NCBI GenBank assembly: GCA_034406555.1
Contig: DASCRM010000017.1
Span: 1,053 to 65,052, forward strand
From: Dehalococcoidia bacterium
GTDB lineage: Bacteria; Chloroflexota; Dehalococcoidia; UBA2979
Length of the DNA: 64,000 nucleotides
Reading direction: 5' to 3'
Under the pieces are notes generated by a model, which saw only the letters and a program-made list of their open reading frames with translations, did no database searches and was not told where the DNA came from. Numbering within the stretch: the first letter of the stretch is position 1; the number at the start of each line of letters is the position of its first letter. Positions 16,105-24,520 of the stretch are shown here, piece after piece. Position numbers and translations under genes: made by a program.

Positions 16105-18225
16105 CTACTTGCGACGGAAGACCAGCGAGGAGAGTGCGCCGGCGACGACCGTCGCCGTGATCGCCGCGATCGTCGTGCGCTCGATCGGGCCGGCTCGGCG
16201 GCGTGCGGGCAGTTCAACGCGCTCCGGCGGTCGCGGCGAGCTGGCGCCGTTGCCGTTCGAGGTCGCGTTCCCGTTCGTCGCGTCGCCCCCCAGGCCGTAG
16301 TCGCTGGCCGCCTGATCGATCAGGGGCGGCACCTCGCCACTGTCTGGGCCACTACCGAGGCCATTGCCGTTGCCACGACCGTTGCCACTCGCCGGGCCGC
16401 CGTTCGACGCGCCACTCGCGTGCCCGTTCGTCGCCGCAGCCGGTTGCGGCTCATGCAGCCCGTAGGTCGAGCCGCTGTTCGGACCGTCCGAGGGACGAAC
16501 GCTCTCTAGCCGAGGCAGGCCGTAGCTTGTGCCGTCGCTGGTGGGCGCACCGTCCGAGGCAGCACCGTTCGTCGCGTTGCCGTTCGCGGACGAGTCATTC
16601 GCGCCATTGCCGCTGTGACCGTTGCCGTTGCTCATGTAGTCATGGATCGGCGGCTGCGCGGCGACGCTCGCCACCATGTACTCGCGAGGCTCAACGGGAC
16701 GTGGTTGAGCGAGCGGCACGGCAACCGCGTCGGCCTCAATGTCCTCGGTCTCGGGAACAGTAACGCCGTTGCCGTTGCCGGCCTGTGCCGTCGCCAGCGC
16801 GCCGTTGCCGTTGGCTGCAGCGAGCGCGGGTGCGGATGCGTCGGCGGGCGCAGCAGTGGCCACCGCGGGTCGCGGCGCGCCGCCGGGGCGGCCCATCGGC
16901 CGGCCAACGCCCTCGCGCGGCACGAAACGGCTCAGCGCGTAGCGAGGATTGCTCAGGAACATCAGCCCCATGAAGCCGATCAGCACTACCCCCGTGACCG
17001 AGAAGGTGCTGGAGGCGGTAATGATGTCCGCCAGGATGCCCATCGGGTAGCTCATGAAGGGCATCAGGCCGAAGAGCAGCATGAAGACGCTCATCACACG
17101 GCCCAGGTACTCGGGCTTCGCCTTCGACATCACCATCGTCATGTTCAGGGTCATGAACGGCCCCTGGAACAGTCCCACGACCAGCAGTGCGGCGACGGCC
17201 CCCGGCAGACCGAATGCCTTCGAGGCAAGTCCGAGCGCGACCAACCCAACGCCGGCGCCAATACCTGAGATCATCTGCAAGAGCGGCTTACGCTGGAACT
17301 CCGTGAGCGTCGCAACCGCGAACGAACCGATCAGTGACCCGACGCCGCTGACGGTCAACAGGAAGCCGAGACCGTCACCCCCAAGGCCAAGCTCGGCCAC
17401 GGCAAACCCGGGGAGCATCGTCATCATCGGCGGCATCATCAGCATCATGGGAATCGAGCCCATGATCAGCAGCAGCAGGACCTGCTTGTCCGCCCAGACA
17501 TAGCGGAGGCCACCGATCGCCTCGAACATGACCGTCCCGCGCTCGTCGGCACCGATCAGGTGATCGGTCGTTCTCGGCAGTTGCAGGATGAAGACCAGCG
17601 TGACCACGTACATCACGGCCTGCGCGTAATAGACCATGTCGACGCCCGACGCGGCGAGCAGCAGGCCGGCGGTCAGCGGCGCCACCAGACGTGTCCCGCT
17701 CATGGCGGCGTTGTTGATCGCCATCGCGCTCATGAACTCTTCTTCGGGAACGACCTCGGCGAGCATCGACATCTGCACCGGCATGCGGAAGGCCATCACC
17801 GTCCCCTGTAGGACGCCGACGGCGAAGAGCAGTGGTACGGTGATCACGCCGGTCGTGATCATGATCCCGGTCGCCGTCACCGTGAACAGCGTCCCGAATT
17901 GCGTGAGCACCATCAGGGTGCGCTTCTCCACGCGGTCGGCCGTCGCGCCGCCGATCAGCGAGAACAAGAACATTGGGATCGCGAAGGAGAAGCTGATCAC
18001 GCCCATGATCGCGAAGCTGCCCGTGAGCTCGAACGCGAGCCAGCCGCGCGCGAGCATCTGCATGCCCATCGCCATGTTCGAGGCGAGCATGCCGGCGAAG
18101 AGCAGGCGGAAGTCGCGGCCCTTCAGTGAGACGAGCGCGGCGCTCAGTGACGGGCGCGCGGAATCCTGGCCCATCATGCCCGAACCGCCGCCACGGCCCA
18201 TCATCGGGCCTCCGCCAAATCCCAT
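16105..18225 (-). CDS. MFS transporter (DUF894/EntS-like) with ~282-aa Asn/Gly-rich C-terminal tail ending in a TM helix
   Basis: LLFAGMLASNMAMGMQMLARGWLAFELTGS, GGATADRVEKRTLMV. The tail spans 16105..16953 (NGNG..., SYGL/TYGL/DYGL) and ends in TTIAAITATVVAGALSSLVFRRK. Confidence 0.8.
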   Translation of the reverse strand: MGFGGGPMMGRGGGSGMMGQDSARPSLSAALVSLKGRDFRLLFAGMLASNMAMGMQMLARGWLAFELTGSFAIMGVISFSFAIPMFLFSLIGGATADRVEKRTLMVLTQFGTLFTVTATGIMITTGVITVPLLFAVGVLQGTVMAFRMPVQMSMLAEVVPEEEFMSAMAINNAAMSGTRLVAPLTAGLLLAASGVDMVYYAQAVMYVVTLVFILQLPRTTDHLIGADERGTVMFEAIGGLRYVWADKQVLLLLIMGSIPMMLMMPPMMTMLPGFAVAELGLGGDGLGFLLTVSGVGSLIGSFAVATLTEFQRKPLLQMISGIGAGVGLVALGLASKAFGLPGAVAALLVVGLFQGPFMTLNMTMVMSKAKPEYLGRVMSVFMLLFGLMPFMSYPMGILADIITASSTFSVTGVVLIGFMGLMFLSNPRYALSRFVPREGVGRPMGRPGGAPRPAVATAAPADASAPALAAANGNGALATAQAGNGNGVTVPETEDIEADAVAVPLAQPRPVEPREYMVASVAAQPPIHDYMSNGNGHSGNGANDSSANGNATNGAASDGAPTSDGTSYGLPRLESVRPSDGPNSGSTYGLHEPQPAAATNGHASGASNGGPASGNGRGNGNGLGSGPDSGEVPPLIDQAASDYGLGGDATNGNATSNGNGASSPRPPERVELPARRRAGPIERTTIAAITATVVAGALSSLVFRRK

Positions 18226-18379
18226 GCCCGATGCCCGCCTAGGTTCAGTGCAAATCTGAGGAATACAGCGTAGCCGCAGCTAACCTTCTCGGCAACGTAA
18301 GGGTCGACACATTCGTACGTTTCAACAGCCACTAGCCCGTCTATCGCCGGTTCGACGGCTGTTACACGCCCTGGCCGCG

Positions 18380-18408
18380 TTGACTCCCCGCACACTCCGA
18401 GACAGAAT
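18380..18408 (+). promoter_or_regulatory. candidate sigma70-type promoter for the CoA-transferase/ThDP operon
   Basis: TTGACT (18380..18385), 17-nt spacer, CAGAAT (18403..18408), about 64 nt upstream of ATG 18472. Pattern match only. Confidence 0.3.
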
Positions 18409-18471
18409 CGCCCTCGTGTCGTCGCCACCGCGAGTGGTGTCGCGATGCGCGCGAGGATGGGGAAGCGTCCG

Positions 18472-19749
18472 ATGGCCGCAGCGCTCGACGACCTGCGCGT
18501 GCTCGACCTCTCGGGCCCGATCGGCCACTACGCCGGCCGCCTGCTCGCCGACCTCGGTGCCGACGTGATCAAGGTCGAACCCCCCGGTGGCGACGCCGCG
18601 AGGACGTACGCACCCTACCTGCCCGATGTCGATGCCCCGGAGAACGGGCTGCAGTTCCTGCTGCTGAACGCGAACAAGCGCGGCGTCACGATCGACCCCT
18701 CGCACGATCGCGGCCGGGAGCTGTTGCTACGGCTGATCGAGAGTGCCGACGTGCTGATCGAGTCGTGGCGTCCGCAGGAGGCAGCGGCGCTCGGCCTCAG
18801 CGTGAGCGATCTCGAAGCGGCGAAGCCGGAACTGATCCACGCCTCGCTCACCGGCTGGGGGCTCAGCGGCCCGCGCGCGCAGTGGGCGTACGCCGACATC
18901 GTGGGGCTCGCGATGTCCGGGGTGATGACGCTGGCGGGCTTCGCGGACGGGCCGCCGGAACAGCTCCCGGACCTGCAGGGGTTCCACTGCGCCTCGATCG
19001 ATGCGACCGCCGGGATCATGGCGGCCGTGCTGCACCGCGACGCGACCGGCGAGGGGCAACTCGTCGAGGTCTCGATGCAGGAGGCGCTCTCGATGGCGCA
19101 GGAGACGGCGATGCAGGAAGCCGACATCAACGGCAACGACCGCGTCCGAGACGCTGGCGGTGCGCTCGGCTTCACGATCCCGGGCCTCGGCCTCTACGAG
19201 TGCGCGGACGGCTACGTCTATCTGATGGTGGCGGGCCTCGCGGGGGCAGGCTTCCAGGGCCTCGTCGATCTGATGGCCTCGACCGATGAGGCAGGTGACC
19301 TGACCGAGGAGCCGTACGCGACGTTCATCCGCGAGTCGATGAACCGCGCGCTGCTGACGCAGCTCGCCACGGACCCGTCAGGGCTCGGCGACCTGCTCGC
19401 GAAACTGGCCCACATCCAGGAGGTCGTGGTCGCATTCATGTTCAAGCACCCGAAGGAGTACCTCTACGAGGAGGCGCAGGCCCGCCGCGTGCTGGCCGGC
19501 ATGGTCAGCACCCCCGAAGACATCTCAATCAACAAGCAGCTCGCGGGCCGCGGCTGGTGGAGAGAAATTGAGGACGCCGGCCGAGGCAAGACGCTGCGCT
19601 ACCCCGGCCCGCCGTGGCAGTTCGAAGGGACACCGGCCACGCTGCGCCGCGCGGCGCCGCTGCTGGGGGAGCACAACCAGGAGATATTCGGCGAACTGGG
19701 ACTGAGCACCGACGAGATCGGCGCACTGGCGACTGAGGGGGCGATCTGA
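18472..19749 (+). CDS. family III CoA-transferase, A-type subunit
   Basis: LDDLRVLDLSGPIGHYAGRLLADLGADVIKVEPPGGD. RBS ggggaag precedes ATG 18472. The stop overlaps the next start (TGATG). Confidence 0.85.
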   Translation: MAAALDDLRVLDLSGPIGHYAGRLLADLGADVIKVEPPGGDAARTYAPYLPDVDAPENGLQFLLLNANKRGVTIDPSHDRGRELLLRLIESADVLIESWRPQEAAALGLSVSDLEAAKPELIHASLTGWGLSGPRAQWAYADIVGLAMSGVMTLAGFADGPPEQLPDLQGFHCASIDATAGIMAAVLHRDATGEGQLVEVSMQEALSMAQETAMQEADINGNDRVRDAGGALGFTIPGLGLYECADGYVYLMVAGLAGAGFQGLVDLMASTDEAGDLTEEPYATFIRESMNRALLTQLATDPSGLGDLLAKLAHIQEVVVAFMFKHPKEYLYEEAQARRVLAGMVSTPEDISINKQLAGRGWWREIEDAGRGKTLRYPGPPWQFEGTPATLRRAAPLLGEHNQEIFGELGLSTDEIGALATEGAI

Positions 19750-20987
19750 TGGTGAACGGTGGCTCGAACGGCAAGCCGCGCCCGCTCGATGGCGTGAAGG
19801 TGTTGGACCTCACCTGGTTCGGCGCAGGGCCAATCGGCACGCGTGCGCTCGCCAACCTGGGTGCAGACGTCGTGCGGGTGGAGACGGAGAAGCGGCCGGA
19901 CGGCCTGCGCATCGGTGGGCCACGCCCGCCCGGGACGACCAACCTCAACCTCTCCGGGTACTACAATAACTTCAACGCCGAGAAGCGTTCCGTGACGATC
20001 GACCTCACCACGGAGCGCGGCCATGAGCTGGGTATCGAGCTCGTGCGGTGGGCAGACATCTTCGTCACCAACATGACCAACCGCGCCGTCGGTCAGATCG
20101 GCCTCACCTGGGAAACTGTCTCGGCGGCCAACCCGGGCATCATCGGCCTCTACCAGCCGATGCAGGGGCTGACCGGCCCGCATGCGGAGTTCATCGGCTT
20201 CGGCGCCGTGCTGAGCACCGTCTGCGGCGTGAACGGCATGACCGGCTTCGATGGCAGCGAGCCGCGAGGCTCCGGGTCGAACTACCCGGACTACGTCGTC
20301 AACCCGATCCACCTCGCGATCGGCGTGATGGCGGCACTGCGCCACAAGCGCCGCACCGGCGAGGGTCAGCTGATCGACATGGCGCAGCTCGAGTCCTCCG
20401 TGACGGCGATGGCCGGTCCCGTCTTCGCGATCGACAACGGCGGGCCCGAGTACCGACGCGCCGGCAACCGCGTCACCTTTGCCGCCCCCCACGGTGCGTA
20501 CGGCGTGCAGGGCGACGACCGCTGGCTCGTCCTCGCCTGCTCGGACGAGGCGCAGTGGCGCGCCTTCATGCAGGTCAGCGGCCACCCGGAGTGGGCGGAC
20601 GACGCCCGCTTCGCCGACCTCGATGCCCGCAAGGCGAACGAGGATGCGCTCGACGCGCTCGTCGGCGAGTGGGCAGCGGAGCAGGACGGGACTGAGGCGA
20701 TGCAGCGGCTGCAGGCCGCGGACGTCCCCGCGGGCATCGTGCAGACGGCCAGCGAGGTGCTGGCGGACGACCACATCAAGGCCCGCGAGTACTTCGCCTA
20801 CCCCGAACACGCCGAAGCGGGCGTGCGGGCGTACGATGGCCCCGGGTTCCGGCTCTCGGCGACCCCTCACGAGGTGCGCGGGCCGGCCCCCTTGCTCGGT
20901 GAGCACACGTTTGAAATCTGTAAGCAGATTTTGCAGTTGAGTGATGACGAGATCGCCGACCTGGTCGCGGAACAGGTGTTGTTCTAG
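19749..20987 (+). CDS. family III CoA-transferase, B-type subunit
   Basis: LDGVKVLDLTWFGAGPIGTRALANLGADVVRVE...RTGEGQLIDMAQLE...APLLGEHT. Confidence 0.85.
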   Translation: MVNGGSNGKPRPLDGVKVLDLTWFGAGPIGTRALANLGADVVRVETEKRPDGLRIGGPRPPGTTNLNLSGYYNNFNAEKRSVTIDLTTERGHELGIELVRWADIFVTNMTNRAVGQIGLTWETVSAANPGIIGLYQPMQGLTGPHAEFIGFGAVLSTVCGVNGMTGFDGSEPRGSGSNYPDYVVNPIHLAIGVMAALRHKRRTGEGQLIDMAQLESSVTAMAGPVFAIDNGGPEYRRAGNRVTFAAPHGAYGVQGDDRWLVLACSDEAQWRAFMQVSGHPEWADDARFADLDARKANEDALDALVGEWAAEQDGTEAMQRLQAADVPAGIVQTASEVLADDHIKAREYFAYPEHAEAGVRAYDGPGFRLSATPHEVRGPAPLLGEHTFEICKQILQLSDDEIADLVAEQVLF

Positions 20988-21035
20988 CGACCGACGGCGT
21001 CAGCGCCCGGGAGACCAGGCCGAAGGGACGAGACC

Positions 21036-22685
21036 ATGGCATGGGTAGACGGCGGCGACATGATCGCCCGCGTAATGAAGCAGGAGGGCACGAAGGTGCT
21101 CTTCACGCTCTCCGGCGGGCACATCCAGAACATCTACGACGGCTGCATTGACGAAGACATCCGCGTCATCGACACGCGCCACGAGCAGTCGGCGGCACAC
21201 GCTGCTGATGGCTACGCTCGTGCAAATCGCACTGTCGGGGTCGCCGCCGTGACGGCCGGGCCCGGCGTCACCGACGCCCTCACCGGCGTCGCCAACGCAT
21301 ACCGCGCGGGTAGTCCAATGATCTTGATCGGCGGGGCAGCCCCGCTGCGCACCGCCGGCCGCGGCGCACTTCAGGAGATGGAGCAGGTGGAGATCTTCCG
21401 CCCCGTCACGAAGTGGGCAACCAGCATCCAGACCACTGAGCGCATCGCCGAGACCCTCAGCGACGCCTATCGCGTTGCGCTCTCCGGTCGCCCCGGCCCG
21501 GTCTACGTCGAGGTGCCCTCGGACATCCTCTTCGGCCGCGTCGAGGAGGAAGACTTCACGCTGCCGACGAAGTACCGGCACGAGGTGCGCAGCCCGGCCG
21601 ACGCCGGCGCGCTCCAGCGTGCGGTCGAGGCGATCAAGGGGTCGAAACGACTGGCAATGATGGCCGGCACCCCGATCTTCTGGTCTGGCGCCGACAAGGA
21701 GCTGCAGGAGTTCGTTGAGCTGATCGGCACGCCTATCTACACGAACGAGATGGCGCGTGGCGCGATTCCCTGGGAGCACCCGCAGAAGGGCAACTGGGCA
21801 CGTCGCACGGCGCTTGCCGGCGCGGACGTGATCATCGTCTTCGGCTCGCCGATCGATTTCCGCCTGCGCTTCGGCCAGGCCCCACTCTTCAACCCGGACG
21901 CGACCGTGATCGTCTACGACTACGACGAGGAGACGATCGGCAAGAACCGCCCGGTCGACATCGGCCTGACCGGCGATGCGAAGACCGTGCTCCAGCAGCT
22001 GACCGATGCCATCGGCTCGCCGCTCGACCGCGACGAGGAGTGGCTGACCGAGCTGCGCGACGAGGAACAGCGAGGGCGCGAGCTGCGCCAGCCACTGCTG
22101 GAGTCCGACGAGACGCCGATCCACCCGTTGCGGCTCTGCGCCGAGATCGCGAAGTTCGTCGATGACAACACGATCATCGTCGGCGACGGTGGCGACATCG
22201 TCGCCACCTCGTCGAAGTACCTGCCGATCAACCACCTCGGCCAGTGGTTCGACCCGGGCCCGCTTGGCACGCTGGGCGTCGGCACAGGGTTCTGCATGGC
22301 GATCAAGGCCAGCCACCCGGAGAAGCGCATTCTGATGGTCAACGGCGACGGTGCCTTCGGCCTCAACGGCTTCGACTTCGACACCCTAGTACGGCACGAC
22401 CTGCCGATCGTCTCGGTCGTCGGCAACGACCGCCAGTGGGGTCAGATCATCGTCGGGCAGGTGCGTCAGTACGGCGAGGAGCGAGCGATCGCGACCCGCC
22501 TGGACAACAACGCCCGCTACGACAGGGTGGTGGAGGCACTCGGCGGCTACGGTGAGTACGTCACCGAGCCGGAGGAGATCGGTCCGGCGATCCAGCGCGC
22601 GTTCGACTCCGGTCTGCCGGCCTGCGTGAACGTGATCATGGACCAGCGCCCGCCGGGCGTTGAGGGTGGCTACTCCTTCACCTAG
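21036..22685 (+). CDS. thiamine-diphosphate enzyme of the oxalyl-CoA decarboxylase / 2-hydroxyacyl-CoA lyase / acetolactate synthase-like family
   Basis: RHEQSAAHAADGYAR, VTAGPGVTDALTGVANAY, GALQEMEQVEIFRPVTKWA and the ThDP motif GDGAFGLNGFDFDTLVRHDLPIVSVVGND. The C-terminus VNVIMDQRPPGVEGG resembles the Oxc C-terminus as I recall it. Confidence 0.8.
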   Translation: MAWVDGGDMIARVMKQEGTKVLFTLSGGHIQNIYDGCIDEDIRVIDTRHEQSAAHAADGYARANRTVGVAAVTAGPGVTDALTGVANAYRAGSPMILIGGAAPLRTAGRGALQEMEQVEIFRPVTKWATSIQTTERIAETLSDAYRVALSGRPGPVYVEVPSDILFGRVEEEDFTLPTKYRHEVRSPADAGALQRAVEAIKGSKRLAMMAGTPIFWSGADKELQEFVELIGTPIYTNEMARGAIPWEHPQKGNWARRTALAGADVIIVFGSPIDFRLRFGQAPLFNPDATVIVYDYDEETIGKNRPVDIGLTGDAKTVLQQLTDAIGSPLDRDEEWLTELRDEEQRGRELRQPLLESDETPIHPLRLCAEIAKFVDDNTIIVGDGGDIVATSSKYLPINHLGQWFDPGPLGTLGVGTGFCMAIKASHPEKRILMVNGDGAFGLNGFDFDTLVRHDLPIVSVVGNDRQWGQIIVGQVRQYGEERAIATRLDNNARYDRVVEALGGYGEYVTEPEEIGPAIQRAFDSGLPACVNVIMDQRPPGVEGGYSFT

Positions 22686-22710
22686 CCCCGGCCCATGTGA
22701 GGCCACTGCG

Positions 22711-22762
22711 ACGGACAATGCAGAAGGGCCGCCCACGTGGGCGGCCCTTCTGCATTGTCCGT
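22711..22762 (+). terminator. 52-nt perfect palindrome (24-bp stem, acgt centre); probable factor-independent terminator/structural element without U-tract
   Basis: acggacaatgcagaagggccgccc-acgt-gggcggcccttctgcattgtccgt. I verified base by base that the right arm is the exact reverse complement of the left. Confidence 0.55.
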
Positions 22763-22789
22763 GTCCGCGCCCTCCCCTAGCATTCGCGC

Positions 22790-23104
22790 ATGGTGATGGA
22801 CGAAAAACTCGCTGGCGAGTGCGCGGACTGGGTCGCGGAACAGATGACCGAGGAGTTCGGCGGCTTTATCGCGGCCGAGCTGATCGACCTCGTGATCGCG
22901 CAGGAAGAGAAGCTCCGCGCTGAGCACGATGACCCGCTGATGGATCACCGCACGATGTCCGAGCGCCTGATGGCGCCGCTGGAAGCTGAAGGCGTCCCGA
23001 TCAAGGAAGGTGCCGTCAGCCGCGAGCTGGTCGAGGAGATCCTGCACTGGGAGGACGAGTTCCGCGGCCTGGCGGGCGTGGCGAGAAACGTCCGGCCCAC
23101 GTAA
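22790..23104 (+). CDS. hypothetical acidic protein (104 aa)
   Basis: ORF track entry with good GC3. No family recognised. Confidence 0.45.
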   Translation: MVMDEKLAGECADWVAEQMTEEFGGFIAAELIDLVIAQEEKLRAEHDDPLMDHRTMSERLMAPLEAEGVPIKEGAVSRELVEEILHWEDEFRGLAGVARNVRPT

Positions 23105-23120
23105 TTCCGACGCGCGGCGC

Positions 23121-23981
23121 CTACTTCGTCGCGGCGTTCCGAATCTTCTTCAGCCGCTTAACGTTCTCCAGGTCGGGGCCGTCGCCGTCAACACCCGGCA
23201 CCTCCAGCAGCCACGCCTTGCCCTGCAATTCCGGGCGCTCCAGCATCGCGCGGAAACCCTCGCTGCCGATGTGGCCATCGCCGATATTGTCGTGGCGGTC
23301 GCGGTGCTCACCGAGCTCCATCATCGAGTCGTTCGCGTGCAGCACGACGAGGTGGTCGAGTCCGACCTCACCATCGAACTGTTCAAGCGTCTCCGAAACG
23401 CCGGCCTCGCTCGCCAGGTCGTAGCCGGCGGCGAAGCCGTGACAGGTGTCGAAACAGACCTGCAGTCGAGGCGAGTCGACAGCCTTCAGGATCTCGCCCA
23501 GCTCCGCGAAATCGCTGCCCACGACCCCACCCTGCCCCGCGGCGTTCTCGAGCGCGAGTACGGCATCGCCCGGCGACTGGGCCAGGATCTCCTGCAACGA
23601 GTCCTTGATCTGGCTCAGCATCGCCTCGAAGCCGCGGCCCTGGTGAGAACCGGTGTGCAAGATCACCCCGTCGACGCCCAGCGAATCGGCGACGGTCATG
23701 CCGTTCACCACACAGTCGATCGACTTCTCAAGCAGCTCGGGCTTGTCGGTCGCGAGATTCGCCAGGTAGATGTTGTGTAGCCACACCTCGCCGACGGACG
23801 AGGCTGCATGCAGCTCTCGAAACTTCTCGACCGACTCCGGCTTGTGCACCGTCTTGCGCCAGGTACGGTTGTTCGAGCCGAAGGTCATCGCCGCTTCGGC
23901 CTCGATCGCCTCGGCGCGCTCGATCACGTTCTCGATGCCGCCTGATGAGGAGACGAACGCCCCGACCTGTGTAGCAACCAT
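23121..23981 (-). CDS. nfo: deoxyribonuclease IV (endonuclease IV)
   Basis: GVILHTGSH, LALENAAGQG, CFDTCHGFAAGYD, LHANDS...HDNIGDGHIG. Confidence 0.9.
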   Translation of the reverse strand: MVATQVGAFVSSSGGIENVIERAEAIEAEAAMTFGSNNRTWRKTVHKPESVEKFRELHAASSVGEVWLHNIYLANLATDKPELLEKSIDCVVNGMTVADSLGVDGVILHTGSHQGRGFEAMLSQIKDSLQEILAQSPGDAVLALENAAGQGGVVGSDFAELGEILKAVDSPRLQVCFDTCHGFAAGYDLASEAGVSETLEQFDGEVGLDHLVVLHANDSMMELGEHRDRHDNIGDGHIGSEGFRAMLERPELQGKAWLLEVPGVDGDGPDLENVKRLKKIRNAATK

Positions 23982-24079
23982 GGCGGCATGCTACCAGCGT
24001 CAGCGCTCTGATAGGAATGGCGCTGCGCCACGCGAACGGCACCCCCGATAACTAGGAGAACTTCCTAGGGGAATCCCTG

Positions 24080-24465
24080 ATGAGCAACGCCGATCCTGTG
24101 CCGCGATTCGGAATGCACTGCAGCGCGCTGGTCGCGCTGCAGTGTGAGCGTGCCGCTCTGGCCGCCGTGCTCGTGCTGCAGGAGATGGGCCTGGCCGTCG
24201 ATATCGCCGTCGACCGCGATCGCTCCGTCGACTGGGCCAAGCAGGCCGGCTACAGCTTCGTCGTCTGCGGTGGCGATGACGACGAGGCCGGGGTGAAGGG
24301 CTCGCCACGAAGATGCGCTTTGCGGTGCCACAGACGCGCGTGTTCCTGCTCGCCGGCAGCGGCTTCGACAGCGACGGCATGGAGGCGATCGGGGTCGAGG
24401 CGCCCCCCCCCCCCGTCGAGGTCAACTCGCTGGTCGACCCGCTCTGGCCAGCAACGGCCGCGTAG
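24080..24465 (+). pseudogene. degenerate CheY-like receiver (pseudo-receiver), frameshifted near the G4 run 24290..24293
   Basis: Frame A reads SALVALQCERAALAAVLVLQEMGLAVDIAVDRDRSVDWAKQAGYSFVVCGGDDDEAG. The -1 frame continues EGLATKMRFAVPQTRVFLLAGSGFDSDGMEAIGVEAPPPPVEVNSLVDPL-stop (24463..24465). The rest of the 347-aa ORF is antisense to the P450. Confidence 0.4.
24403..24414. repeat. C12 homopolymer tract
   Basis: I counted 12 consecutive C. In the receiver C-terminal frame the tract encodes PPPP exactly where the K-P of the conserved receiver motif would lie. Confidence 0.9.
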
Positions 24466-24520
24466 CGCCCGACTAGGCCTGAGTGAACCGCAACAGCAGA
24501 CGCTCGAAGCCACGGACGAG

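Noticed and set aside
16105-16953. Short repeated GTTGCC-type units, considered as a CRISPR or other non-coding repeat array.
   Set aside because: The units are imperfect and unspaced. They lie inside a continuous high-GC3 reading frame encoding an Asn/Gly-rich tail, and no cas genes are present anywhere in the window.
18472-22685. A direct call of canonical frc/oxc oxalate degradation genes.
   Set aside because: There are two different CoA-transferase subunits instead of one Frc, I saw no Frc-type Gly-rich loop, and I cannot verify OXC-specific residues without alignment. I kept it as a family-level call and reported it as a hypothesis.
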